A stretch of 34,899 bases of DNA from positions 1 through 34,899 of the forward strand of contig CAYSWQ010000007.1 in assembly GCA_964434885.1 (NCBI GenBank), read 5' to 3'. Below the pieces are notes generated by a model. The model searched no databases. It was not told the origin of the DNA and worked only from the letters and a program-made list of their open reading frames with translations. Shown here piece after piece: positions 1 to 8,220 of the stretch (position 1 is its first letter; every line of letters starts with the position of its first letter). Source of the DNA: an uncultured Methanosarcinales archaeon. GTDB lineage: Archaea > Nanobdellota > Nanobdellia > Woesearchaeales > GW2011-AR9. The translations under genes were made by a program, and so were the position numbers.

Positions 1-204
1 AGGCAAAGGATCAGATAAAACAAAAGACTTCATTTCTAATAAAATCATTGATGGATATTCACAAACCACTACTGCAGCCACTAATTTATTCTTAAGTTGA
101 GCACAATCAACTCCCCCAATAGTCTTAATTTTAGAAAAATTATCTTGCAACTCTACTCGCTTTGCAAACTTACTCTGTTCTCTTTTTAATTCAAATAAAT
201 CCAT
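1..204 (-). CDS. nfi: Endonuclease V, N-terminal part (runs off window start)
   Basis: Manual translation from ATG at 204: MDLFELKREQSKFAKRVELQDNFSKIKTIGGVDCAQ...LVAAVVVCEYPSM...DPLP. This matches the EndoV N-terminus (Q..L..V, IxGVD catalytic Asp, AAVVV..YP, leading to xPYIPG). Not in the ORF track because it is truncated. Confidence 0.8.
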   Translation of the reverse strand, partial: MDLFELKREQSKFAKRVELQDNFSKIKTIGGVDCAQLKNKLVAAVVVCEYPSMILLEMKSFVLSDPLP

Positions 205-383
205 TTTAACATCTCTTTAATATATACTCTAGAACATACTTTTATTTAAAAAACTTTCGATTATTTTAACTTAAAAGTAGTAAATACCAAAAAATTTATA
301 AACTGCGAATTCTTGAGCCAGAGTGTCTCTTTCTCATAAATTTTGGACTTTCAGAGATATAGAAAAAAGGAGGTTCATAAAAA

Positions 384-770
384 ATGACCAGAATTCGTAA
401 AAATATCTTTGAAGAGTTAAACAAAGTACGAAAATTAGTGGAAGTTCGCTTTCCCGAGATAGAACTTCGTGATTTGTGTAAATTATTGGGCAGATTAGGA
501 ACGTATCATTACAACAAAAAGAAAAATATGTTGTTGGGAAAAGAAAGAGATTTGTACAACACATTAATCAAAAACTCTTACAATCCGTTTACAGCTTATC
601 GCTGGGCTTTGCTAGAGAAAGTACCTGAAGACATTAAGTTTCAGCTACGCAACCATTACTTGAGCCAGAAGAAAGCCAGTAAGCTCTTCTTTCAAAGAAG
701 ACAGGAAACAGACACTAGCTTACAAGTTGATATTAGACAACTAGGCTTAAGATTAATCAAGGAGATGTAG
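384..770 (+). CDS. Basic helical hypothetical protein, upstream partner of tyrosine recombinase
   Basis: 128-aa ORF with AGGAGG Shine-Dalgarno at ~368-373 and TTTATAAA box at ~296-303; ends 3 nt before the recombinase start. Confidence 0.75.
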   Translation: MTRIRKNIFEELNKVRKLVEVRFPEIELRDLCKLLGRLGTYHYNKKKNMLLGKERDLYNTLIKNSYNPFTAYRWALLEKVPEDIKFQLRNHYLSQKKASKLFFQRRQETDTSLQVDIRQLGLRLIKEM

Positions 771-773
771 AAA

Positions 774-1499
774 ATGGCAAACTTTAGAAAAATAAAAGAA
801 AAAGGAAGAAAACTTCCTAATGTTCTTAACAAGAAACAATTACTTGGATTGTTTAGCTTAATCAAAGAAACAGATGTTTTTATTGGTTGTCTCTTAGCTT
901 TATGTTGTGGTCTCAGAATCAGTGAAGTCTGCAACCTTAAAAAACAAAATATTGATTTTGAAAATGAGAAAATCAAAATCACCTGTGGAAAAGGAGATAA
1001 AGATAGATATGTAATGCTTCCCGAAAAGCTTAAACCAATTCTAGAAAAATGGTTTAGAATTAATGAAGCAGAATATGTTATTCCTGCTATGCATGGTGCA
1101 GTAATGAACAAAGGTTCATTATCACTTAAATTTAGAAGATACTTGAAAAAAGCTAATCTGCGGATAGAAACTAATAAAACCATAACAGGACAACAAAGAT
1201 ATGCTTACAGCTTTCACACCTTGAGGCATACTTATGCTACTTTCTTATTAGAGAAAGGAGTCGATCTTTATTATGTGCAAAGAGCATTAGGTCATTCTGA
1301 TATTCATACTACCCAGATATATGCTTACATCAGCCAGAAAGACCTGCAGAACAAAATTAATACTGCTTTTGGGAAAAAACATCAGAAAATTAATCCATTA
1401 GTTACTGATCCTTTCCAATTACTACAATTAAAGTTTGCTGGTGGCGATATCAATTTAGATGAATACAATGAGAAATTAGAGATTTTGAAAAGAGAATGA
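774..1499 (+). CDS. Tyrosine recombinase/integrase (XerC/D-like catalytic domain) with SHOCT-like C-terminal tail
   Basis: Motifs GLRISE (R), GKGDKDR (K), HTLRH (HxxR), LGHSDIHTTQIY (H, catalytic Y). Tail DPFQLLQLKFAGGDINLDEYNEKLEILK resembles SHOCT. AAGGAG SD upstream. Confidence 0.93.
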   Translation: MANFRKIKEKGRKLPNVLNKKQLLGLFSLIKETDVFIGCLLALCCGLRISEVCNLKKQNIDFENEKIKITCGKGDKDRYVMLPEKLKPILEKWFRINEAEYVIPAMHGAVMNKGSLSLKFRRYLKKANLRIETNKTITGQQRYAYSFHTLRHTYATFLLEKGVDLYYVQRALGHSDIHTTQIYAYISQKDLQNKINTAFGKKHQKINPLVTDPFQLLQLKFAGGDINLDEYNEKLEILKRE

Positions 1500-1533
1500 A
1501 TGTCATTGGGGGGAAATAAAAAAAATAAAAAAT

Positions 1534-1749
1534 TTACCCTTTCACAGCACGGGTTATTGGAATACACATAGCAACAATAATTCCTGTTGCTGAGATACCC
1601 ATCAAACCAATTATGCCTAATGCAGCCCAAAGTACTACTCCAGAAAAAACTGCAGGTTGGTTGCCAATGGCAGTGAATAAAAGGACAATACCTACTGCCA
1701 ATACCATTAGCAAAATAAAACCAATCAAATAATGGTCTTCTGTGTTCAT
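1534..1749 (-). CDS. Small 2-TM membrane protein
   Basis: 71 aa with two hydrophobic segments; GGAGGT SD (acctcc on + at ~1758-1763) upstream of the ATG. Confidence 0.7.
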   Translation of the reverse strand: MNTEDHYLIGFILLMVLAVGIVLLFTAIGNQPAVFSGVVLWAALGIIGLMGISATGIIVAMCIPITRAVKG

Positions 1750-1818
1750 TTTGTTTTACCTCCATATATTTTATTACCTCTATCCGCAATGACCATTTCT
1801 TGCCCACACGAAAAATAA

Positions 1819-1962
1819 AAAAAGAGTTCTAAAAAGTATTAATATCCATATTAATAAGTGGGTGGCGATTTAGCGGATTTTTCCTTTGGCTTCACGTGGA
1901 AAAAATCCGCTTACACCACCCCCAATCTTAGGTGGAAATTAGGTTACTTTTGAACTCTTTTT
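1819..1962. repeat. Long imperfect inverted repeat (~145-nt hairpin)
   Basis: Paired arms: aaaaagagttc/gaactcttttt, aaaagta/tactttt, taatatcca/tggaaatta, gggtggcg/caccaccc, agcggatttttcc/ggaaaaaatccgct; loop ~1885-1897. Confidence 0.85.
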
Positions 1963-1975
1963 AACACACCCCTGT

Positions 1976-3052
1976 CTAAGGGGTGGTGTCTCCTCTTCCT
2001 TCAGGATAAATTATTCCTTCCAGCTTATCCAACACATTATTTCTATCCACTGTATCACCAAATTGCCGATACTTAGCAATTAAGTTTTTGTTGGTTACTA
2101 CAAAGAACCAACCATCTTTCCCATATTTCTTATTGTTGTTTTGAACCTTCTCTTTCAATGCTTTGGGATTTTTCTTGTATTGGGTTCCAGTTTCTACTTC
2201 AATCGCCCAGTCAAAGCCATTAACACTAAAAACCAAGTCAGGAAGTTTAGTTTCATAGATTTTAACTTCATCCCAGCTAAGTTCATCTCGTAAATGTTTA
2301 AGAAGTGCCCCCACTAAATATGCATGAGAATGGCTTTCGTTATGTCTTTTTTTAATCATCATTTCTTTGCTTTCCTTGGATTCAATATCCCATTGGTGAG
2401 TTTTTTCATAGCCTGCTTCTGCTAACCATTTTTCTTCATCCCCCAATAAAATTTCAGTATGAATATAGAGGTCATCCTGATGTTCTTCTAAGAATTTTTC
2501 TCTTTCAGTCTTTGATTTCTCGGCTTCAGAAAGTTGTTCTTTTTCTTTTTCCTGCTCTAACTCTTTTATTTCTTGTTTTAACTCTTCCTTCTGTTCTTTA
2601 AGATCTTCTAGTTCTTCCTCTCGGTCATCTTCCCGAATAAGTTTATGGATATGACTTACATGGCTAAACCATTTTGCGGCGTATGGTGCTAAGGCATCTT
2701 TTGAGAAATGGGTTTCTTTCAAACCATAACTATGGTTTCTTATTCTGTCAATTGATTGTCCTTCTGGATCAAAGCTAAGAAACTTTTTAATTTCTTTTCT
2801 CTCTTGACTGATACTTTCTTTAATTTTCTTTAATTTCTTTCTGGGAGTCATGAAATTCTCATTGGCATACTTATGGAAGAGATCAAACAGTTCTAAGAAA
2901 ACTAATAACCCCACCGTTCCTGCCCCAACCCAAAAAGTCCAATATGCCAAATGTTTAGACAAAAAAGAAATTTTATTGGCTAGAAATTCTGATAAAAAAC
3001 CAAAAGCAATAATTACTGCTGGAATCCAATATAATTTTTTGTTTATTATCAT
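1976..3052 (-). CDS. Membrane-anchored coiled-coil protein with C-terminal PD-(D/E)XK nuclease-like domain
   Basis: Two N-terminal TM helices, an E/K-rich coiled coil, then HAYLV...LPDLVF...WAIEVETGT. Likely start is ATG 3052 (ATGA overlap with the recombinase stop, GGAGGT SD at 3059-3064) rather than 3067. Confidence 0.75.
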   Translation of the reverse strand: MIINKKLYWIPAVIIAFGFLSEFLANKISFLSKHLAYWTFWVGAGTVGLLVFLELFDLFHKYANENFMTPRKKLKKIKESISQERKEIKKFLSFDPEGQSIDRIRNHSYGLKETHFSKDALAPYAAKWFSHVSHIHKLIREDDREEELEDLKEQKEELKQEIKELEQEKEKEQLSEAEKSKTEREKFLEEHQDDLYIHTEILLGDEEKWLAEAGYEKTHQWDIESKESKEMMIKKRHNESHSHAYLVGALLKHLRDELSWDEVKIYETKLPDLVFSVNGFDWAIEVETGTQYKKNPKALKEKVQNNNKKYGKDGWFFVVTNKNLIAKYRQFGDTVDRNNVLDKLEGIIYPEGRGDTTP

Positions 3053-3564
3053 TTTTGTACCTCCCAAATACGATTAAAATCTTCTAATACTCTGGTGCCA
3101 GAGTAATTTAAATAGACATCAGTAGTCTGGATATGACTATGTCCCAGAATTCCTTGCAAGGCTCTAACGTTTCCACCCTTATGCAAATAACAAACTGCGA
3201 AAGTGTGCCTGAGAACATGAGGTGATACTTTCTTCATGATCTGGGCTTTTTCAGCAATTCGTTTGACTATTTTCTGTATCCATCTTGAGCCGAAACTGAG
3301 TTTATGGTGGTCTTTGAAATATTCGCTCAAGTAAAACATTGTTTTACTGCTCATCGGAATCACTCTTCTCTTGTTACCTTTGCCGATGGTAGTAATGCAG
3401 TTTCTCTGCCAAGAAATATCTTCTTTCCTGAGTTTAGCTAACTCAGAAACCCGCATTCCTGTTTCTAGCAAGACATTGATGATTAAAGACTCTTCAAATG
3501 TCTTGCAGGCTCTTCGTAAAGCATCCATCTCCTCTTCTTCCAGTGGTTCACGTTTGTATACCAT
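3049..3564 (-). CDS. Minimal tyrosine recombinase (catalytic domain only, ~171 aa; frame stays open upstream to 3885)
   Basis: Motifs TGMRVSE, GKGNKRR, PHVLRH, LGHSHIQTTDVY. GGAGGT SD at ~3572-3577 ahead of MVYKREPL. Confidence 0.9.
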   Translation of the reverse strand: MVYKREPLEEEEMDALRRACKTFEESLIINVLLETGMRVSELAKLRKEDISWQRNCITTIGKGNKRRVIPMSSKTMFYLSEYFKDHHKLSFGSRWIQKIVKRIAEKAQIMKKVSPHVLRHTFAVCYLHKGGNVRALQGILGHSHIQTTDVYLNYSGTRVLEDFNRIWEVQK

Positions 3565-3906
3565 ATTATTTACCTCCTTGGTTTTTTTAAGTTTGTTAGG
3601 TTGATTTAGAGAGTTGTGATACTTAACCGAACCAATTTTGGTACTCTCTTGTTGCCTTGAAAGTTGATGGTTAGGTTTTGCTCTTCTGGAATCCGGCGGT
3701 ACCCAATTAATCCTGTCTTTAGCAGGTAAGAAATAAGGAAGCTGGAGATAAGATAGATTTACTTTCACTTTCATTGGTTTCTTGGTTTTCTTCCAAAATT
3801 TATTAATCCCGTCTGAGCTTGATCTCAACTGAGATAGTATTTCGGTATCTTCCTGAGTGAAAATTTGTTCGCTTTGATTTACCATACTATCTAATAACAG
3901 TATCTC

Positions 3907-3988
3907 TATTTAAGCTTTTCTCTTTTCAAAGTACTTTGCGAACATTATTGTAGTACGATTCGTACTACCGAATAGAAATGTTTATATA
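3907..3988. promoter_or_regulatory. Divergent archaeal promoters with two palindromic operator-like sites
   Basis: Minus-strand BRE/TATA (AAAAGCTTAAATA, ~3907-3919) ~22 nt from ATG 3885; plus-strand TTTATATA 3981-3988, 24 nt before ATG 4013. Palindromes CAAAGTACTTTG (3927-3938) and GTAGTACGA-T-TCGTACTAC (3950-3968). Confidence 0.7.
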
Positions 3989-4012
3989 CTAGTAAGTTCT
4001 TCTAACAAAAAG

Positions 4013-4678
4013 ATGACAAAATTAGAAAAATATACTAAAGTAGTACTTCTTTCTACCTTAGCAGAAAGAAAAACATTAGTGGATATGAGTACCACTTGGT
4101 TTAATAATAAAGGTAGATTATATCAGCCAATCATAATTAAAGAGATTAAAAAAGCAGTAACTTCTGATTTATTAAAACAAAAAGATAAAAAGTTTTATCG
4201 TGCCAATATACCCTTATTTCTTAACTTTATCACCGATGTGATGAAGTTAGAAGGAAGTTCTGGAATAGCCAAGAAATACAAAAAAGAGCTAAAATATTTT
4301 TATGATGATTTGGGTGAATACACCCAAAAAGTTTATTTCAATTTTGAAGTTATTAAAGTCTTAACTAAATTGGATTTAAAAAAAACAGAAGAATTCGACC
4401 CAGCTTTATTAGTTCAATTACCTTTCATTCTTCGCTATTTGGAGTATAACGACAAACCTTTTGTTAACATTTTGGTTCAGCTAATGGGTTTAGAAGAATA
4501 TGTGGAACTGATTCACAAATTAGAGAGAAGATATATTTATATTTTGGAGGAGAAAAAATTAGTAGATCGATGGGTTGAAAGTTTCGAAACGCTTATTAAG
4601 TTATTACCTAAACTACAAAAGAAGGGATTACCTTTGTTCCTAAAAAACACAGAAAAAATTAAGGCTTTTGGAGAATGA
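4013..4678 (+). CDS. Hypothetical protein, possible N-terminal winged-helix regulator
   Basis: 221-aa ORF with TATA 24 nt upstream; N-terminal helix-helix-wing pattern (...IKKAVTSDLLKQKDKKFYRAN). Confidence 0.65.
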   Translation: MTKLEKYTKVVLLSTLAERKTLVDMSTTWFNNKGRLYQPIIIKEIKKAVTSDLLKQKDKKFYRANIPLFLNFITDVMKLEGSSGIAKKYKKELKYFYDDLGEYTQKVYFNFEVIKVLTKLDLKKTEEFDPALLVQLPFILRYLEYNDKPFVNILVQLMGLEEYVELIHKLERRYIYILEEKKLVDRWVESFETLIKLLPKLQKKGLPLFLKNTEKIKAFGE

Positions 4679-4899
4679 ATAAAACAGTATTCGAGGAGAA
4701 GAGAAAAGATTACAGCAGAAGGAAATCTCGTTGGGAATCTCCAGGCTGGATATTAAGTGGTATTAGTTTGTGTGTTTTGGTTGGTGGACTAGTATTGGGG
4801 ATAAAATCTTTGGTTGTTATTGGAATTCTATTTTTATCTATTGGTGGCTATTTAATTGTAATGGGTAGAATGGCCAGAAAAACATTGTTCAATAAGTAA
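4675..4899 (+). CDS. Small 2-TM membrane protein
   Basis: 74 aa, ATGA overlap with the upstream gene, two hydrophobic helices. Confidence 0.65.
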   Translation: MNKTVFEEKRKDYSRRKSRWESPGWILSGISLCVLVGGLVLGIKSLVVIGILFLSIGGYLIVMGRMARKTLFNK

Positions 4900-5030
4900 A
4901 AAACTATCTGTAATTAATTTTTTAATATGGGAAAATAATGCCTCTTTTTTGTAGGTAAAAAGTCAATCTTTAGTTTATTCAGAAAAAAGACCTTTAATTT
5001 ACTTCTGACTAAACAATGTTTTTTATTAGA

Positions 5031-5630
5031 TTATTCTAACTTTTTTCTATTCTTAAAATAAAGAATGACACTTGAAAGTAAGTACCACCAACCTGTGGAA
5101 AGGATAAAAACATGAACTTTGGTTGAGAGATATGTCCATCCTATACCATGATATAAACGGTGGATTATGGTTTGGTCATCCAATCCTAGTAGAAGAGATA
5201 AAATTCCAAAGGTTATCCCGAGGAATCCAAACCTAAAAGCAGCAGATAATAAAGAGAAAATAACAAACAAAACAAAGAGAATTCCAATTAGTTTGTATTT
5301 TTCAGTGGTTAGTTCAAAGAAAGTTTTTATTTTTGGATATTTTGATCTGAATACATTATAACCAAACATAATTGCGCAGGTGAACAAATAATACACCAAG
5401 ATATTAAATAACCAATTAATAACCCCATAAACTATTTTGAGTAGTAAAACAAAACTAGTATTCATTTTGTAAACATTCCAAGTTGCTAAGCCAATTATGT
5501 CCCTGGCAATTATTTGGTGTAAATGAATAGAAATCTCAAAAAAAGAATTTGAAAAATAGAAATACAATACTAAAAACAGACTGATAATAATCTTCTCTTT
5601 TGTGATTCTAAAAAATTCTTTAACATCCAT
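5031..5630 (-). CDS. Multi-pass membrane protein with internal duplication
   Basis: Hydrophobic helices; repeated motif KEFFRITKEK / KTFFELTTEK; TATA ~5654-5661 upstream; ATG 5630. Confidence 0.7.
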   Translation of the reverse strand: MDVKEFFRITKEKIIISLFLVLYFYFSNSFFEISIHLHQIIARDIIGLATWNVYKMNTSFVLLLKIVYGVINWLFNILVYYLFTCAIMFGYNVFRSKYPKIKTFFELTTEKYKLIGILFVLFVIFSLLSAAFRFGFLGITFGILSLLLGLDDQTIIHRLYHGIGWTYLSTKVHVFILSTGWWYLLSSVILYFKNRKKLE

Positions 5631-5697
5631 CAATTAAAAGAAAACAAGCAAATTATATAAATGTTTAGAAATTCTCTTGGTTCATAGGGTTGATACG

Positions 5698-8130
5698 ATG
5701 TATTTGAATAAAAAGTTAGGTCTTTTAATTATCATTTTGTCAGTTACTTTTTTTTTAATTAGTTGTTCCACTACAACAGGTAAAAACAAAGCTTTGTTCG
5801 GAAAAGCAGTTGAACCTGCAGATTGGGAGAAATGTTTTGGAGGAAAATCGGTTTGTGGAGAGAAATTTGTTAAATGTATGGAAAAAGATAAATGTGAAGA
5901 GTATGAAAAAGGTAGTAAGGAACTGGAAATTTGTGCTAATGATTGTTTGGAATGGGCATTAGGTAGATATACTAAATGCGCAGAGGGGAATTTTGCTACT
6001 GGAATAAGTGGATTGCATAATAAAGCAATAGTAACTAAAGTAAGATTAAAATGTGGAAGTGGTTATTCTAACTTTATAGGAACCGAAGACAAGATCAAAA
6101 AAAGATTTGATGTTCCTTGTCCTAATGAAGGTAAGTTAACTGGATTGAAGATGTTTTACAATAGCCAGAAACAGATGACTAGGTTTATCAATATTTGTGA
6201 TCATAAACCAACAGATTATGTGGCAGGGAAAGAAAATGTTTTGAGTTGTAAAGCTGATGAACTTTTGAAAGGAATTAAAATCAAGTTGGATAAAAATGGA
6301 TTTATTGCTGACATTGTAGATAAGAAGTGTATGAAGAAGCCAGCTGTTTGTGGCAATAACAAGAAAGAAGGGAAGGAAGTTTGTGATGGTACAGATCTAG
6401 CTAGTAAATCCCTTTGTAAAGATTTTGATTCTGCAAAATATACTAGTGGGAAACTAAAATGTAAAGCAGATTGTTCTGGTTTTGATGTTGGTGAATGTAT
6501 AGAAAAACAAAAAACAAAAAAACAATGTTCTACAGACCAAGATTGTGATGATGGAAATAAAGATACTATTGAATATTGTCATGGTCTTCTTCTGAGTAAG
6601 ATTACCAATCCTAGTTGCAAATCTTTTGATTTAAAAAGTATAGATGCCACTTGTAAAAAAGTGTATTCAGGAACTAATCCAAAGAAAATTAAACTTGTTT
6701 TCGTTTCCAGTGGATTATCTAAGAATAACAAGAACCATTTAACCTTGAAATACCCAACGAATTTTCCTTATTTGTATAATTCACCACTAAACTTACATTG
6801 GGATTTGTTTGATCAGAGTATTCAAGAAGAACTAAATCCCAATGGAAGGGGTTTTTTCGGTTTTGAACCATATAAATCACACAAAGAGTGGTTTGATGTA
6901 TACCAAGTTAAATCAAATGCCCAATTTGATTGTGGTTATAAACCAAGAGAATGCAATATAGATCTTGAGTTAGTTAGGTTAGCAGTAGCTAAATATTGTT
7001 CTTTTTCTAAGGTTGACGAGCCATTCATAAATATTATGGAGGCTTCCCGTTTTACTGGGCAGGCTCGACTTGGTAAAAAAGGAAAAATGTCTTACTCTTC
7101 TTTTTTTCATAAAACCAATACTCTTCATGAAATGGGCGGACATGTTATTGGTGAATTAGCTGATGAATATTTATCTCCTAATTTTTATGTTCCCAGTATT
7201 CAGTTTGGAAATAAGAATCGTTGTGAAGAATGGTGTAATAATTTAAAAAACCCAATTAAAGGAGGTAAACTTAATCAAAGCAAGGAATGTTATCCATATT
7301 ATATAAACTGGAAAAAATGTATTGATCTTGTTTCCAATAACCCTTCTTTAAATACCAACCAAAAGAAAAATGGTTTTAAATCATGTTGGCAAAATGCACG
7401 GAAGAAATTCTTTCAAGAAAAAAATAAAATTTTGGAGAGTGATTGTAAATTGGGGTGGAGTTGTATTTCTGATACCAGCTGTATTTGGACAGTAGGTGTT
7501 TATTCTGGAGTAGATTTTTTCCGTCCTTATAAGGATAGTATCATGAGATGGGCAGATTATAGTGCTGGCTATAAAAAAGTCAATCCAGCGGAAGGAATAT
7601 ATTATTCTGTTGTTCGTTTACCGACCTTGACTGAGAGAAAAAATTTCATATACAATCATAGTTTGGGCAAAGGCACAGATACTACACTACAAAAACCAGA
7701 AGTTCCCTTAGATGAATTTAATTGGTGGATTTTGTTATGGGATCATTTAGATACAGGAAGTTGTCCAAAATGGTGTTCTGGGTTTGATAAATCCTCTAAA
7801 TGTTATTCTTATTATGATGAATTCAAGACTTGTGCAGATAAAATACATTCCAATCCATTGAATAGGAAAAAAGGGTTGTTTCCTTATATTGATGCTCAAT
7901 CTTGCTGGGATAAAGTAGCTAAAAAATATAAACAAGCCACAGGAAAGAATCTAGCTGAAGGTTGTGCTTTGGGATTAAATTGTAAAGATCAAGCAGAATG
8001 CATCTGGCCTGGAGGTGGAATGTATGATCCATTCGGCACTTTTAGAAAAAATAAAGAATTTCCTTATTTCGGATTTGGTTTGATGTTTGATAAATTTGTT
8101 GAATCAAGATTGAAAAGCAAGGCTAAATAA
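5698..8130 (+). CDS. Secreted/lipoprotein Cys-rich metallopeptidase, M64 (IgA peptidase)-like
   Basis: Signal/lipobox ...FFLISC; myxobacterial-type Cys repeat CGNNKKEGKEVCDG; FEPYKSH..FDVY; zinc motif TLHEMGGHVIGELADEY; SIMR Met-turn; two C-terminal Cys-rich repeats. Confidence 0.78.
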   Translation: MYLNKKLGLLIIILSVTFFLISCSTTTGKNKALFGKAVEPADWEKCFGGKSVCGEKFVKCMEKDKCEEYEKGSKELEICANDCLEWALGRYTKCAEGNFATGISGLHNKAIVTKVRLKCGSGYSNFIGTEDKIKKRFDVPCPNEGKLTGLKMFYNSQKQMTRFINICDHKPTDYVAGKENVLSCKADELLKGIKIKLDKNGFIADIVDKKCMKKPAVCGNNKKEGKEVCDGTDLASKSLCKDFDSAKYTSGKLKCKADCSGFDVGECIEKQKTKKQCSTDQDCDDGNKDTIEYCHGLLLSKITNPSCKSFDLKSIDATCKKVYSGTNPKKIKLVFVSSGLSKNNKNHLTLKYPTNFPYLYNSPLNLHWDLFDQSIQEELNPNGRGFFGFEPYKSHKEWFDVYQVKSNAQFDCGYKPRECNIDLELVRLAVAKYCSFSKVDEPFINIMEASRFTGQARLGKKGKMSYSSFFHKTNTLHEMGGHVIGELADEYLSPNFYVPSIQFGNKNRCEEWCNNLKNPIKGGKLNQSKECYPYYINWKKCIDLVSNNPSLNTNQKKNGFKSCWQNARKKFFQEKNKILESDCKLGWSCISDTSCIWTVGVYSGVDFFRPYKDSIMRWADYSAGYKKVNPAEGIYYSVVRLPTLTERKNFIYNHSLGKGTDTTLQKPEVPLDEFNWWILLWDHLDTGSCPKWCSGFDKSSKCYSYYDEFKTCADKIHSNPLNRKKGLFPYIDAQSCWDKVAKKYKQATGKNLAEGCALGLNCKDQAECIWPGGGMYDPFGTFRKNKEFPYFGFGLMFDKFVESRLKSKAK

Positions 8131-8220
8131 CCTCCATTTGTTGTCAAATTCAAACAAGTATGAAAAACCTCTCCCCCAATAAATGTGGGTTAATTTACTA
8201 GAAAAAGGTTAGGATTATTT

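Larger units (their letters stand above)
384..4899. mobile_element. Putative integrative element or recombinase island (boundaries uncertain)
   Basis: Two tyrosine recombinases, a nuclease-like gene, a wHTH-like gene and SD-led translation that differs from the mostly leaderless flanking genes. No att direct repeat identified. Confidence 0.5.

Noticed and set aside
296..340. Partial similarity (tgcgaattc, ttgagcca) to 9770-9860 as possible att or inversion sites
   Set aside because: Matches are only 8-9 nt, in inconsistent orientation and order; no convincing attL/attR.
1819..1962. Calling the locus a canonical integron
   Set aside because: Single hairpin, no RYYYAAC/GTTRRRY ends, no cassette array seen, and no obvious IntI-specific insertion in either recombinase.
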